A stretch of DNA of 64,000 nucleotides from Eubacterium sp. (GCA_051881175.1 JBJEPI010000021.1:1448-65447), one strand, 5' to 3'. Counted from the first letter of the stretch, positions 47,001 to 57,598 are shown. The notes: generated by a model not told the origin, from the letters alone. Made by a program: numbers and translations.

Positions 47001-47702
47001 TTAAGTAAATCTTTTAATTAAAGAATTATGGCATTGATTTTCGTAAAAATCGTCAAGGCTTTTTAATTCGTGTTTTAGCGCACGGCTTAAAATCTCATCG
47101 GCAAAGCGGGGGTTTTTAGGTAACAAAGGGCCATGAAGATATGTTCCAAAGGTGTTTTTATACTCAACTCCCTCGGTTAAATCCTTGCCGTTGTTTCCAA
47201 AGCCGGACACCACCCTGCCAAGAGGCGTTAGGGCTTTATCAAGATAGGTTTTGCCGCAGTGGTTTTCAAATCCAACCAGCTTTCCGTAGGGGGTGTCGGT
47301 TACCACATTTCCAATCATTCGCTTAGGTGCGGAAAGTGTATAAAAGGGCAAAGCCCCTGTAAGGCTGATTTCGCTTTGGTCTGCCGCTTTATAGTACTGC
47401 CCCAACAGCTGATAACCGCCGCATATTGCCAGAATAACCCTACCCTGTTCAACGCAATAGCAAAGCATTTCCGCCTTATGCTTCAGGTCACGGGAAATTA
47501 TTTTCATTTCCCTGTCCTGACCGCCGCCGATGAACAAAATGTCAAAGCATCCAAGTCTGTCCCCTATACCCACGGGAACAATTTCGACCTTATAGCCGCG
47601 CCAAGCCAAGCGATTGTAAAGACACATAACATTGCCCACATCTCCGTAAAGATTAAGTTCATTTGGATAGAGATGCGCAATAACTATTTTTTCTATTGCC
47701 AA
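47001..47702 (-). CDS. gatD: Lipid II isoglutaminyl synthase, glutaminase subunit GatD
   Basis: 233 aa CobQ-type GATase. HLYP..LNLYGD, ICGGYQLLG, and His near the C-terminus (YLHGP). Confidence 0.88.
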   Translation of the reverse strand: MAIEKIVIAHLYPNELNLYGDVGNVMCLYNRLAWRGYKVEIVPVGIGDRLGCFDILFIGGGQDREMKIISRDLKHKAEMLCYCVEQGRVILAICGGYQLLGQYYKAADQSEISLTGALPFYTLSAPKRMIGNVVTDTPYGKLVGFENHCGKTYLDKALTPLGRVVSGFGNNGKDLTEGVEYKNTFGTYLHGPLLPKNPRFADEILSRALKHELKSLDDFYENQCHNSLIKRFT

Positions 47703-49039
47703 AACTCCTTTCCGCCAAATTGCTCCACGAGGGAGTGGCGCATATTCATCATGGAGGTGTAGGTTGACAGCACCACAAAATCCCTGTCCGTTGACCTTAT
47801 CAAATCAATCAGCCGGTAATAATCCTCGCCGTCAATTACATTTTCAACAGGTATTTCTGCATATTTCAGTCTTAAAGCCATATCATAGGCGCGCTTGCCG
47901 ATTGTATAGGCTTTCAGGCTTTTTGAGGTCAGGGGTGTAAAATCGGCGTCCCAAATCCAGCTTACATCTCTTCCGTCTGCCTCGTTATCGTTCAAAGCGA
48001 TGGCAAAATCAAAGGGCATGGTCATTTTTGATGAATATTTAATGCAGTTTGACAGACCTACGGGATTTTTAACAAGCATCAGCGTTAAGGTGTGATTGCC
48101 GTTTTTAAACCGTTCCAAACGGCCAAAGGCGCCGTTAAAATCACCGATTGACTTAAAGGTATTGATGTTCAGTGCTGATAATCCGGCAACGGCGCACACA
48201 TAGTTATACACATTATAAATCCCTCCAAGGGATATACTGACAAGCTCTTCATTCATTACAAAGGAGGAGCCGTCACCTGTGATCTCAATAATACTGCTAA
48301 CCGAAAAATCGGGGGCAGTATGCTTATATCCGCATTTTGGACAAAAGAAGTTACCTAATTGTGCAAACACCCTTGACTTATATTCAAGAAGACTGTTACA
48401 TTTTGGGCAAAAGCGATTGTCCGACAATGCAGAGTCATTAAAATCGGCATCTACACCAAAGGTAACAACCTTTCCGCCGCAGTAATCCTTTAACGAATAG
48501 GTAAGAGGACAATCGGCATTTAAAACCACTGTTGCATCGGGCATATTTTCAATGCTCTGTTTTATTTTGTCATAGGTTGTGCTGACCTCGCCGTATCTGT
48601 CAAGCTGGTCGCGGAAAAAATTAGTAACCACCAAAACATCAGCATCAATGTATCTTGAAATCAGCGGCAGGCTGTTTTCGTCGCACTCCAAAACTGCATA
48701 TTCCTTTTTACATTTTCCAAATAGGCTTGAATTTGCAATAAATGCAGTGGCAACACCTGAAAGCATATTTGCTCCGCCCTTATTGATAAAATAACTCTTT
48801 TCGGCTTCCGTAAGGCCTTGCTCAATCAATGCGCAGGTGGTTGTTTTTCCGTTTGTTCCGGTGACGCATATTATTTTTACGCCCTTTGACAGGGTGCTTA
48901 AAATGTTATACTTTAAATCAAGTGCAATTTTTCCGGGCAGGGTTGTTGCTCCCCTGCCCAGCTTGCGAAGGATAAAAAGCACGAGCTTTGCAATAATAAT
49001 AGAAAATATCATAATTAATTTATATTGAAAAAATTTCAA
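47693..49039 (-). CDS. murT: Lipid II isoglutaminyl synthase, Mur-ligase subunit MurT
   Basis: 448 aa. GTNGKTTT P-loop, Cys4 ribbon CPKC...CPKC, and a DUF1727-like C-terminus. It overlaps gatD. Confidence 0.88.
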   Translation of the reverse strand: MKFFQYKLIMIFSIIIAKLVLFILRKLGRGATTLPGKIALDLKYNILSTLSKGVKIICVTGTNGKTTTCALIEQGLTEAEKSYFINKGGANMLSGVATAFIANSSLFGKCKKEYAVLECDENSLPLISRYIDADVLVVTNFFRDQLDRYGEVSTTYDKIKQSIENMPDATVVLNADCPLTYSLKDYCGGKVVTFGVDADFNDSALSDNRFCPKCNSLLEYKSRVFAQLGNFFCPKCGYKHTAPDFSVSSIIEITGDGSSFVMNEELVSISLGGIYNVYNYVCAVAGLSALNINTFKSIGDFNGAFGRLERFKNGNHTLTLMLVKNPVGLSNCIKYSSKMTMPFDFAIALNDNEADGRDVSWIWDADFTPLTSKSLKAYTIGKRAYDMALRLKYAEIPVENVIDGEDYYRLIDLIRSTDRDFVVLSTYTSMMNMRHSLVEQFGGKEFWQ

Positions 49040-49074
49040 TATATGATAAAATTAAATAAATTCATCAGGGAGGC

Positions 49075-49845
49075 ATGGCTATGCTGAATAAAATTGTTGA
49101 CGCCGTTAAAAAAGCAGGCGAAATATACAAAAGCGCCGGAAAGGATTTGGGAATTACCGAAAAAAGCTCAAGTGTTGATTTAGTTACAAAATACGATAAA
49201 GAAATACAGGAATTTTTGATAAGCGAGCTGTCAAAAATAATTCCAGATGCAGGCTTTTTAGGTGAAGAGGGCGAAGATAACAAAACACTTACCGACGGTT
49301 ATTGCTTCATTATAGACCCTATTGACGGAACAACTAATTTCATTAAAGGCTTCCAACACAGCGCCATAAGCGTTGGCCTTGCAGAGGATAGAGAGTTAAT
49401 TATAGGAGTTGTTATGGACCCTGATTTAGACAATATCTTTTACGCGGAAAAAGGAAAGGGTGCATTTTTAAACGGCAAGCCCATTCACGTAAGCAAATGC
49501 AATATGGCGGAAAGTCTTGTTCTTTTCGGCACATGCCCTTATGAACACCATTTGGCACACAAAACCTTTGAACTGACAGAAAAGGTATTCTGTAAGGCAT
49601 TGGAGGTTAGACGAGGAGGCTCGGCGGCATTGGATATTTGCTATGTTGCATCGGGCAAGGCCGATTTGTATTACGAGCTTATTTTACGTCCGTGGGATTG
49701 GGCAGGTGCTACACTGATTTTAAGGGAAGCAGGAGGAATTGCAGCAACAATGGACGGCGAGGATTTAAACGCAAACGAAATTAAATCATACCTTTGCGGA
49801 AATTCTAAAAACATTGAGGAATTTTATGGAATATACAACGCTTAA
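49075..49845 (+). CDS. Inositol monophosphatase family protein (SuhB-like)
   Basis: 256 aa. FLGEE, IIDPIDGTTNF and WDWAGA motifs. Confidence 0.88.
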   Translation: MAMLNKIVDAVKKAGEIYKSAGKDLGITEKSSSVDLVTKYDKEIQEFLISELSKIIPDAGFLGEEGEDNKTLTDGYCFIIDPIDGTTNFIKGFQHSAISVGLAEDRELIIGVVMDPDLDNIFYAEKGKGAFLNGKPIHVSKCNMAESLVLFGTCPYEHHLAHKTFELTEKVFCKALEVRRGGSAALDICYVASGKADLYYELILRPWDWAGATLILREAGGIAATMDGEDLNANEIKSYLCGNSKNIEEFYGIYNA

Positions 49846-50698
49846 CGCATACCTAAAAGAGCGTTTTGGATGTAAGGTGTATAAGCTGGCTCTTGACGGC
49901 GGATTTACCTGCCCCAACCGTGACGGAGCCTTGGACACAAGAGGCTGTATTTTTTGTTCAAGGGGCGGTAGCGGGGATTTTGCCGAAAGCAGAGATTTAA
50001 GCATTACACGACAAATTGAAAATGCAAAGGCAAGAGTGTCAAAAAAGATAACCGACGGAAAGTACATTGCCTATTTTCAGGCCTTTACCAACACCTACGC
50101 TCCTGTGGAAAAGCTTGAAAAAATATACAGGGAGGCAATTAGCCACAGGGACATAGTGGCAATTTCCATCGGCACAAGGCCTGATTGTCTTGGTGATGAT
50201 GTTATTGATTTGTTGGAAAGGCTTAATAAAATCAAGCCTGTTTTCGTTGAGCTTGGGCTTCAAACAATCCATGAGAATACAGCAAGGTACATTCGCAGGG
50301 GGTATGATTTAACCGTATATGACAATGGGGTGGAAAGGCTTCATTCAATTGGAATCAATGTTGTTACTCACTTAATTATCGGCTTGCCCGGTGAAAGCAA
50401 GGAGGATATTTTAAAATCAGTTGAATATGCTTGCAGGGTAACTGACGGAATAAAGCTTCAGCTATTACATATTTTAGAGGGCACAGACCTTGCCGAGGAA
50501 TACAGACAGGGTAAAATTGATGTACTATCATTGGAGGAATACACCGACATAATAAAAGCCTGCGTTGAAATAATACCCAAAAATGTTGTAATACACCGAT
50601 TAACAGGTGACGGAGCAAAAAATGATTTAATTGCTCCCCTATGGTCGGCGGATAAAAAAAGAGTGCTTAACGCTATAAACAAGACTTTGAATAATTAG
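49826..50698 (+). CDS. TIGR01212-family radical SAM protein (YtqA-like)
   Basis: GGFTCPNRDG....GCIFC cluster motif. Start set at the ATG at 49826, preceded by GAGGA. The track ORF begins at a TTG at 49814. Confidence 0.85.
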   Translation: MEYTTLNAYLKERFGCKVYKLALDGGFTCPNRDGALDTRGCIFCSRGGSGDFAESRDLSITRQIENAKARVSKKITDGKYIAYFQAFTNTYAPVEKLEKIYREAISHRDIVAISIGTRPDCLGDDVIDLLERLNKIKPVFVELGLQTIHENTARYIRRGYDLTVYDNGVERLHSIGINVVTHLIIGLPGESKEDILKSVEYACRVTDGIKLQLLHILEGTDLAEEYRQGKIDVLSLEEYTDIIKACVEIIPKNVVIHRLTGDGAKNDLIAPLWSADKKRVLNAINKTLNN

Positions 50699-50713
50699 AG
50701 CTTTACATAACAA

Positions 50714-50736
50714 AAACGGATTGCATTGCAATCCGT
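50714..50736. repeat. Palindromic hairpin AACGGATTGCA-T-TGCAATCCGTT (left copy; likely terminator of the radical SAM gene)
   Basis: Perfect 11-bp arms. It is the exact reverse complement of the copy at 51014-51036. Confidence 0.8.
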
Positions 50737-50866
50737 TTCAGCGTGTAGAAAAAGTCAAATTACAGATTTCTACACGCTGGGAGACTTCGAGAAATGGAGA
50801 TGAATTTCGTATTTTGCGAAGGAAGATGTACAAGGGTACCTCGACTGAGCAAAGACGGAAAACGCC

Positions 50867-50901
50867 AAAACAGCCTTGGATTCGATGTCCAAGGCTGTTT
50901 T
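50867..50901. terminator. Strong hairpin inside the intergenic element
   Basis: 14-bp stem AAAACAGCCTTGGA / TCCAAGGCTGTTTT. Its shape suggests a bidirectional terminator. Confidence 0.45.
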
Positions 50902-51013
50902 AAAATCCCTCTGTCAAAGTTAAAGCTTTGCCACCTCCCTTTACACAAGGGATGCGAAAATAGGTATATTTTTTTGTCGGCGTGGTTCAGCCCACTTTAT
51001 CGACAGTCTGAAA

Positions 51014-51036
51014 AACGGATTGCAATGCAATCCGTT
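51014..51036. repeat. Palindromic hairpin AACGGATTGCA-A-TGCAATCCGTT (right copy; likely terminator of the ABC ATPase gene)
   Basis: Same arms as 50714-50736, flanked by A and T runs. Confidence 0.8.
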
Positions 51037-51045
51037 TTTTGTTAA

Positions 51046-51789
51046 TTATAACACCTTTGAAAGAAAATCCTTTAATCTCGGGTCCTGGGGGTTGTTGAAA
51101 ATTTTCTCCGGAGTGCCTTCTTCTAAAATCACACCGGCATCCATAAACACAACTCGAGTTGCAACCTCACGGGCAAATCCCATTTCGTGTGTTACCGTTA
51201 CCATTGTCATACCTTGACTTGCTAAATCTTTCATAACCTGAAGAACCTCGCCAACCATTTCTGGGTCAAGGGCAGAGGTTGGCTCATCAAAAAGCATTAC
51301 ATCAGGTTCCATACACAACGCTCTTACGATAGCAACACGTTGTTTTTGACCGCCTGAAAGCTGACTGGGATATGCATCGGCTCTGTCATCAAGGCCAACT
51401 GTTTTTAATAATCTGTGCGCCTTAGCCTCTGCGTCCTCCTTGCTTTCTCCAAGAAGCTTCATAGGGGCAATTGTGAGGTTTTTTAGCACTGTCATATTTT
51501 GGAACAGATTAAAATGCTGAAAAACCATTCCCATTTTTTGCCTATGCTTATTAATATCAAGCTTTGGATTTGTAATATCGCAACCTTCAAAAATTATCTT
51601 TCCCTCGGTAGGTAGCTCAAGAAGGTTAAGTGAACGGAGAAGGGTTGACTTTCCGGAACCGGAGGGGCCGATAATAACAACAACCTCGCCCTTTTCAATT
51701 TCAATATTTATGCCGTCAAGGGCTCTAACATCTCCACCGGCATAGTGTTTCTTGACACCTTGAACGCTGATAAGTGCGTTATCGTTCAT
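51046..51789 (-). CDS. Polar amino acid ABC transporter ATP-binding protein
   Basis: Walker [10 protein letters not shown], signature LSGGQKQR, Walker [12 protein letters not shown]. Start set at the ATG at 51789, preceded by AGGAGG. The track ORF starts at 51822. Confidence 0.9.
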   Translation of the reverse strand: MNDNALISVQGVKKHYAGGDVRALDGINIEIEKGEVVVIIGPSGSGKSTLLRSLNLLELPTEGKIIFEGCDITNPKLDINKHRQKMGMVFQHFNLFQNMTVLKNLTIAPMKLLGESKEDAEAKAHRLLKTVGLDDRADAYPSQLSGGQKQRVAIVRALCMEPDVMLFDEPTSALDPEMVGEVLQVMKDLASQGMTMVTVTHEMGFAREVATRVVFMDAGVILEEGTPEKIFNNPQDPRLKDFLSKVL

Positions 51790-52534
51790 TCTTGCGCAAC
51801 CTCCTTTCGATATTGCCGACAATCTTTGTTAACAACATAACCATAATTAGATAAACAGTGGCAACTGTTAGTAGTGGCATATAGTAAATATAGGTTGTAC
51901 CTGAAATGCTGTTGCCGGCTTTTGTCAAATCTGTTACGGCAACATATCCCGCTACAGAGGTTTCCTTTAATAAAGCAATAAACTCGTTTAGCATAGTAGG
52001 TAATGCGGCCTTAAACATTTGTGGGATAACGATATATCTCATAGTTTGGAAATAATTGAAGCCAATAGAACGGCCGGCCTCAAACTGACCGTTATCAACG
52101 GCCATAATACCGCCACGAAAGATTTCAGCAACATAAGCACCTGAATTAACGCCAAATGCTATTATACCTACAAGAACACCATTAGAGCATGACTTTAACA
52201 AGATAAAGTACCAAATCAAAAGCTGAACTACTACAGGGGTACCTCTAAAGATAGTAAGATAAACCTTACAAAGTCCATTAAAGAATTTCAGCAAAAGATA
52301 GCCAAAACCACCTTTAAATTTTAGATTTTCCTCGTTTTTATCATATGAAGATCGTACCGATGCAACAACAACGCCAATTACAACACCAATGACGCATGCA
52401 CACATTGTCATTATCAAGGTGTTTTCAAGACCTGTTAACATAAGCTTCCATCTATCTTTTTGTATAAAGCAGATGTCAAACTGCGTTTTGAGGTTCTCAA
52501 TAATAGTACTTAAATCAGCAGTAATCAAATACAT
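51779..52534 (-). CDS. Polar amino acid ABC transporter permease (HisMQ family)
   Basis: 251 aa membrane protein with an EAA-like loop ([21 protein letters not shown]). Confidence 0.88.
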   Translation of the reverse strand: MYLITADLSTIIENLKTQFDICFIQKDRWKLMLTGLENTLIMTMCACVIGVVIGVVVASVRSSYDKNEENLKFKGGFGYLLLKFFNGLCKVYLTIFRGTPVVVQLLIWYFILLKSCSNGVLVGIIAFGVNSGAYVAEIFRGGIMAVDNGQFEAGRSIGFNYFQTMRYIVIPQMFKAALPTMLNEFIALLKETSVAGYVAVTDLTKAGNSISGTTYIYYMPLLTVATVYLIMVMLLTKIVGNIERRLRKNER

Positions 52535-52594
52535 TTATATTCTCCTAAAAACAAAGGGGTGGTAAAATTCCACCCCAAATAACTTTTTATTGTA

Positions 52595-53353
52595 TTATTC
52601 AGCAGTGATGTACTTGTCTAAAATCTTTTGAACTGTACCATCAGCAATCAATTCTTCAAGAGCATCATTTACCTTTTCCTTGAGCTCTGTGTTATCCTTT
52701 GCAAAGCAAATTGCATATTCTTCTTCAACATAAGCTGTTTCAAGAATCTTTAAGCCTTCGTTTGCAGCAACAAATGACTTTGCAGGCTCGTTGTCTATAA
52801 TAACACAATCAACCTTATCATTCTTTAAAGCCTCGACAGCTGCACCGCCATTTTGGAACTCAGAAACAGCATCCATACCATAATCGTCCTCAGCGTAAAT
52901 ACAACCTGTTGTACCAACCTGAACACCAATTTTTGTGTTTTCTGATAAATCATCAACCGACTTAATAGAACTGTCTTCCTTAACGATGATAACCTGAACG
53001 CCCTTAGCGTATGAATTTGAAAAATCAACGCTCTGCTTTCTTTCATCGGTAACTGTCATACCTGCCATACCGATTGTATATTTGCCGCCTTGAACACCCG
53101 GAATAATAGAATCAAATTCCGTGTCAACAATCTCAAGTTCCATACCTAACTTTTTGGCAATAGCTTCTGCAATTTCAACATCAATACCAACGATATCTTC
53201 ACCTTCCTTATATTCGTATGGAGGGAATGTAGCGTTTGTAGCCATGATTAATTTTTCTTGGCCTGAGTCTTTTGACTTTGAGCATGCCGCAAAGCAAGCA
53301 CATACAGTTACGATTGCAAGAACAACGCAAAGTAATTTCTTTAATGTTTTCAT
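52595..53353 (-). CDS. Amino acid ABC transporter substrate-binding lipoprotein
   Basis: 252 aa. Lipobox CFAAC, with family-3 SBP motifs (PPYEY, GIDVE.A..IA). Confidence 0.88.
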   Translation of the reverse strand: MKTLKKLLCVVLAIVTVCACFAACSKSKDSGQEKLIMATNATFPPYEYKEGEDIVGIDVEIAEAIAKKLGMELEIVDTEFDSIIPGVQGGKYTIGMAGMTVTDERKQSVDFSNSYAKGVQVIIVKEDSSIKSVDDLSENTKIGVQVGTTGCIYAEDDYGMDAVSEFQNGGAAVEALKNDKVDCVIIDNEPAKSFVAANEGLKILETAYVEEEYAICFAKDNTELKEKVNDALEELIADGTVQKILDKYITAE

Positions 53354-53467
53354 TTTTCTTCTCCTTAAATTTTATTTTTATACATTTAAGTATGCAAATA
53401 AAATAGCACAAACCAAATTATTTGTCAATAAACTTGTTATATTTATTACGAAATTGAATAAATATGC

Positions 53468-53496
53468 AAAAAAGCACACCTTTTGGTGTGCTTTTA
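53468..53496 (-). terminator. Terminator after the coiled-coil protein gene
   Basis: Stem AAAGCACACC / GGTGTGCTTT, with a T-run on the minus strand. Confidence 0.65.
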
Positions 53497-53515
53497 ACAG
53501 GTAAAATAGTACTAA

Positions 53516-54079
53516 TTACTCAGCAGACCTATTTTGTGCGTTTGAGATACCCTGACGAATACGACGAACATCTGTAAGTGCCTTATAGAGAGAGTCATCA
53601 ATTGAAAGGAGAGTATCGTCTGCATAGTTATTAACTGCATTAAGCATTTCTCTTGACTTATTTTGTGCAGTTGTAACCATTTCGTTAGCCTGTGCAGTAG
53701 CGTTGCCGAGAATTTCAGAAGCCTGGTTTTGAGCCTCTGTTACCATAGCGGTGCCCTGCTCGTTAGCCTTTGCAATAATTTCCGTTGCCTCAGCCTGAGC
53801 GGTTTTTGTAATCTCGTCACGGGCAACAAGCTCCCTTGCCTCGGCCTGGGCCTTCTTAATAATCTCAGCGGCTTCCTTCTTTGCTTCGTCAAGAATAGTA
53901 TTTCTTGAGTCAACAATAGCCTTAGCCTGCTTTGTCTCCTGCGGTGTGTTTAATCTGATATCCTCAATGATAGTCTTGATTTTTTCAATATCAACTGCGT
54001 ACTTTTTAGAAAGAGGAATTGCAGTAGCGTCATCAAGCACATCTTCAAGATCTTCAAGTAAAATATCGGTATTAGTCAT
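53516..54079 (-). CDS. Hypothetical Ala/Gln/Glu-rich coiled-coil protein
   Basis: Start set at the ATG at 54079, preceded by AGGAGATAATAAAA. It overlaps the end of coaD. Repetitive A-Q-A-E heptads resemble ATP synthase b / phasin-like helices. Confidence 0.6.
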   Translation of the reverse strand: MTNTDILLEDLEDVLDDATAIPLSKKYAVDIEKIKTIIEDIRLNTPQETKQAKAIVDSRNTILDEAKKEAAEIIKKAQAEARELVARDEITKTAQAEATEIIAKANEQGTAMVTEAQNQASEILGNATAQANEMVTTAQNKSREMLNAVNNYADDTLLSIDDSLYKALTDVRRIRQGISNAQNRSAE

Positions 54080-54566
54080 TTTTATTATCTCCTTTACATC
54101 TTTTATAAATATCATCTGCTATTGAGCTTGGCACAAACGAGCTGATGTCGCCGCCCAAGCTGCAAACTTCCTTAACCATACTGCTTGACAAAAACATATT
54201 TTCGCCCCTTGCGGTTAAAAAAACAGTTTCAACATCAGGATTAAGTGATTTATTGGTTAAGGATTGCTGAAATTCCCAATCAAAATCGGAAACAGCACGC
54301 AAGCCCTTAACTATTGCAACGGCGCCCTTGTTTTTAGCATACTCAACAAGCAGGCCGTTGTATGTATCAATTTTCACATTTGACTTTTTAATACACCTTT
54401 CAAGTAGTGATATTCTTTCGTCAATTGAGAAAAGAGAAGTCTTTTTTGAACCGTTGCTCATTACAAGAACAATTACCTCGTCAAATATATCGGCGGCACG
54501 TTCAATAATATCTAAATGTCCTAACGTAACCGGATCGAAGCTACCCGGACAAATTGCGATTTTCAT
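54072..54566 (-). CDS. coaD: Phosphopantetheine adenylyltransferase
   Basis: 164 aa. PGSFDP.T.GH.DII nucleotidyltransferase motif. Confidence 0.95.
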   Translation of the reverse strand: MKIAICPGSFDPVTLGHLDIIERAADIFDEVIVLVMSNGSKKTSLFSIDERISLLERCIKKSNVKIDTYNGLLVEYAKNKGAVAIVKGLRAVSDFDWEFQQSLTNKSLNPDVETVFLTARGENMFLSSSMVKEVCSLGGDISSFVPSSIADDIYKRCKGDNKND

Positions 54567-55109
54567 TTAAGCATTATCCTTTCGATAATAGGTTAGCTTT
54601 GATTTGCCGTAAGGCTTAATTTTTTTTACAATCCAGGCGTTAACCCTATCGGGCAACTCCTCGGTCTTAGCCGTTTCGCAGATAATTACTCCGTCATCAG
54701 CCATATTGGCAGTCAGTTTTTCAAGACAGGCTGTAACTAATTCCTTGTTGTAAGGCGGATCAAGCAGGGCAATATCGTACTCACCCCTACGGCTTAAAAA
54801 AGACACCGCATCCGAAAACACAAGCTGAGATTGCTCTCCCATTTTGCAATTGTTGATGTTTTCTTCAACAATTTTATATGCTTGCCTGTTGTTTTCAACA
54901 AAGGTACAAAAAGCGGCACCCCTTGAAAGGGCTTCAATACCAAGCTGACCTGAGCCGGCAAACAAATCAAGAACTCTTTTCCCCTCAAGTTCAAACTGAA
55001 TTGAACTGAATAAAGCCTCTTTAGTAGCTTGGGTTGTAGGTCTTGTAACATCATCGCCGGGCAGTGTTTTCAAATTTCTGCCTCTGGCGGAGCCGGTAAT
55101 AACTCTCAT
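54567..55109 (-). CDS. rsmD: 16S rRNA (guanine966-N2)-methyltransferase RsmD
   Basis: 180 aa. DLFAGSG.LGIEALSRGA and LDPPY motifs. Confidence 0.92.
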   Translation of the reverse strand: MRVITGSARGRNLKTLPGDDVTRPTTQATKEALFSSIQFELEGKRVLDLFAGSGQLGIEALSRGAAFCTFVENNRQAYKIVEENINNCKMGEQSQLVFSDAVSFLSRRGEYDIALLDPPYNKELVTACLEKLTANMADDGVIICETAKTEELPDRVNAWIVKKIKPYGKSKLTYYRKDNA

Positions 55110-55203
55110 ACGCTTGTCCTTGAGATGATAGGCAAATGCCTAATTTTTTACTCTTAATATTATACCTGTATAACAAACTTTAGTCAAGTTTAAAATACGA
55201 TTT

Positions 55204-57042
55204 TTACAAATTAGAATAATACTCCACAATATCTTGTGCATTCTTTTTTGTGATACTCTTTACCTGCGATAATTCCTCGGCAGTAGCATTTTTAATTGCG
55301 GAAATTGTTTTAAATTCCTTAAGCAATGCCTTTGCTTTTTTATCGCCGATACCCTCTATTTTTGTAAGGCTTGACGAGAATGAACTTTTTTGGTGTTTTT
55401 TGTGATGATAGGTTATGGCAAAACGGTGAACCTCCTCCTGAATTGAGGATACCAAGGTGAATGCCGAGCGGTGGGAATTTATTTCTATCTCTCCCCCGTC
55501 AAAGGCAATGGCACGGGTTCTGTGCTTATTATTCTTAACCATGCCGAAAACCGGCACATCTATTTTCATTTGCTTAATCACAGGCAAAACGGCATTAACC
55601 TGAGGCTGACCGCCGTCAAGTAAAATCAAATCCGGCAAAATCTTAAAAGTGCTGTTTTCGTCATCCTCATAGTAATGAGTAAATCGGCGTTCCAACACCT
55701 CACTCATTGAGCCAACATCGTTTTGGCCGTCAAAGCCCTTAACGGAAAAACGTTTATATGCACTTTTCATGGGCCTTCCGTTGTGATAAACCACCATGCC
55801 GGCAACATTGTCCGCACCGAAGGTATGGGATATATCATAGCTTTCAATGTATTCCGGCGGCTTGGGCAAGCCCAATAATCTGCCCAATTCCTCCAAGGCG
55901 GCCATTTCTTTTCCAAGTCTGCCCTGATTTTGAGCCAAATGCTCGTTGGCATTTTTTATGCACATATTTACAATAGCAAGATGCTCGCCCTTTTGGGGAT
56001 GAATTATTTCAACCTTTTTTTCACGCTGAGCCTCCAGCCACTGACGAAGCAAGGACTCGTCGGTAATTTCGCCATCTACGGCAATGCGAGACGGAATACC
56101 GCCGCGCATTGAATAATATCTTTCAATCAACTCAAAGCGTGCGTCTTGCACGTTATCCACGCTGTCAATCAGCCAGCTTTCGCTGTCAACAAGTCTGCCG
56201 TTTTTAAAGCGTATGGCTTCAAAGCAGGCTTTTTTGTTTGAATTAACAAGGGCAAAAACATCTTCCTCGGGCACATTGATTGATACAACCTTTTGCTTTT
56301 CATCAAGGTTTTTGATTGCCTTAATTCTGTCACGCATAGCCGCCGCCTTTTCAAATTCCAAATCATTGGAATACTGCTCCATTTTTGCAGTCATTTCCTT
56401 TAGGGCATTTGCGCTTCCGCCCTTAAGAAAAGAAACGGCATCCTTAACGGCAATATTGTAATCCTCTTTTGAAATTCTGCCGTTACAGGGTGCAGAGCAA
56501 AGCCCCATAAATCCGTTTAGGCATGGGCGGCTTTTATTGTAATCCTTTGGAAAGCTTTTATTACAACGGGGCAGCTTGAAGATTTTTAATGTTTCTTCTA
56601 CTGTATTTTTTACCGAAAAGCTTGAAACATAGGGGCCTAAATAGGTAGCGTTATCATCGAGAATTTGCTTGCATTCGCTGATACGCGGAAATTCGCCTTT
56701 TGTAATTTTTATATAGTTATAACCCTTATCGTCCTTTAAAAGAATATTGTATTTTGGCTGATGCTGTTTAATCAGAGAGCACTCCAGCACCAAGGCTTCA
56801 AACTCGGTGTCGCAGAGTATATAATCAAAGTCATCTACATTTTCAACCATTTTGATAACCTTCAAGGAATGGTTTGAATGACTGCCGAAATAGGAGGACA
56901 CACGGTTTTTAAGTGCTTTCGCCTTGCCGATATAGATTATTTTCTTATCCTTGTTTTTCATAATGTAAACGCCCGGTGTAAGCGGAAGCGCCATTGCCTT
57001 GCGGCGTAATTCCTTTTCGGTCAAATCCATACCCCCTTTCAA
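55204..57042 (-). CDS. uvrC: Excinuclease ABC subunit C
   Basis: 612 aa. GIY-YIG motif (PGVYIMKN..IIYIGKAK.L..RV.SYF), a UVR domain, an endonuclease V-like domain and a C-terminal HhH2. The exact start is uncertain (TTG 57042, ATG 57030 or TTG 57024). Confidence 0.93.
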   Translation of the reverse strand: MKGGMDLTEKELRRKAMALPLTPGVYIMKNKDKKIIYIGKAKALKNRVSSYFGSHSNHSLKVIKMVENVDDFDYILCDTEFEALVLECSLIKQHQPKYNILLKDDKGYNYIKITKGEFPRISECKQILDDNATYLGPYVSSFSVKNTVEETLKIFKLPRCNKSFPKDYNKSRPCLNGFMGLCSAPCNGRISKEDYNIAVKDAVSFLKGGSANALKEMTAKMEQYSNDLEFEKAAAMRDRIKAIKNLDEKQKVVSINVPEEDVFALVNSNKKACFEAIRFKNGRLVDSESWLIDSVDNVQDARFELIERYYSMRGGIPSRIAVDGEITDESLLRQWLEAQREKKVEIIHPQKGEHLAIVNMCIKNANEHLAQNQGRLGKEMAALEELGRLLGLPKPPEYIESYDISHTFGADNVAGMVVYHNGRPMKSAYKRFSVKGFDGQNDVGSMSEVLERRFTHYYEDDENSTFKILPDLILLDGGQPQVNAVLPVIKQMKIDVPVFGMVKNNKHRTRAIAFDGGEIEINSHRSAFTLVSSIQEEVHRFAITYHHKKHQKSSFSSSLTKIEGIGDKKAKALLKEFKTISAIKNATAEELSQVKSITKKNAQDIVEYYSNL

Positions 57043-57100
57043 AGCTATTGTATGTTAAAAAGTAAATAAAGGCTGCCAAATTAAGACAGCCGTTTAATAA

Positions 57101-57598
57101 TTATTTTTTAGTTTCGGTTTCGTGATTAACAGTTGTTTGAGTTGTTTGCTGAACAGTTTTTGTTTTAAGCTTTGTGTAGCCTGATTTACTGTCATTCACA
57201 TCGTTTTGCTTTAATACTGTTTTTAAATCCTTACTTACAAAATAAATACCCTTAATATCAAAATTATAGGTTTTATCGCCGTTTTCATTCGGATTTGGAT
57301 TTTCAACAAGAATCTGATAATGAGCCTCGATGAAATCGCCGTCATAGCCTTCAATTGTAACAGGGTCAGGGCAGGTGTATACCCGACAGGATTTATACTC
57401 CTTTTCTGTCAGTCCAAGCTCCTTGGCGGAATATTCCTTCATCAAAGCGCGGACATCAACACAGGCCTCATCCTCGGTAACGGCCTGGGTAACGGTGGAG
57501 TCGGTTGACGGGTTTTCGTCTTTGCTTTCCTTAGAGCAAGCGGCAAACACACACATTATCATAGATAAGCATAATAAAGCAACAATAACTTTTTTCAT
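57101..57598 (-). CDS. Hypothetical lipoprotein
   Basis: Start set at the ATG at 57598, preceded by GAGGT. Lipobox VFAACS. Confidence 0.6.
   Translation of the reverse strand: MKKVIVALLCLSMIMCVFAACSKESKDENPSTDSTVTQAVTEDEACVDVRALMKEYSAKELGLTEKEYKSCRVYTCPDPVTIEGYDGDFIEAHYQILVENPNPNENGDKTYNFDIKGIYFVSKDLKTVLKQNDVNDSKSGYTKLKTKTVQQTTQTTVNHETETKK

Noticed and set aside
50794-51045. 83-aa plus-strand ORF (and 60-62-aa ORFs) within the 50.7-51.0 kb intergenic element.
   Set aside because: They run through multiple strong hairpins and terminators. Their composition is Cys/Arg-rich and unlike real proteins, and there is no properly spaced RBS.
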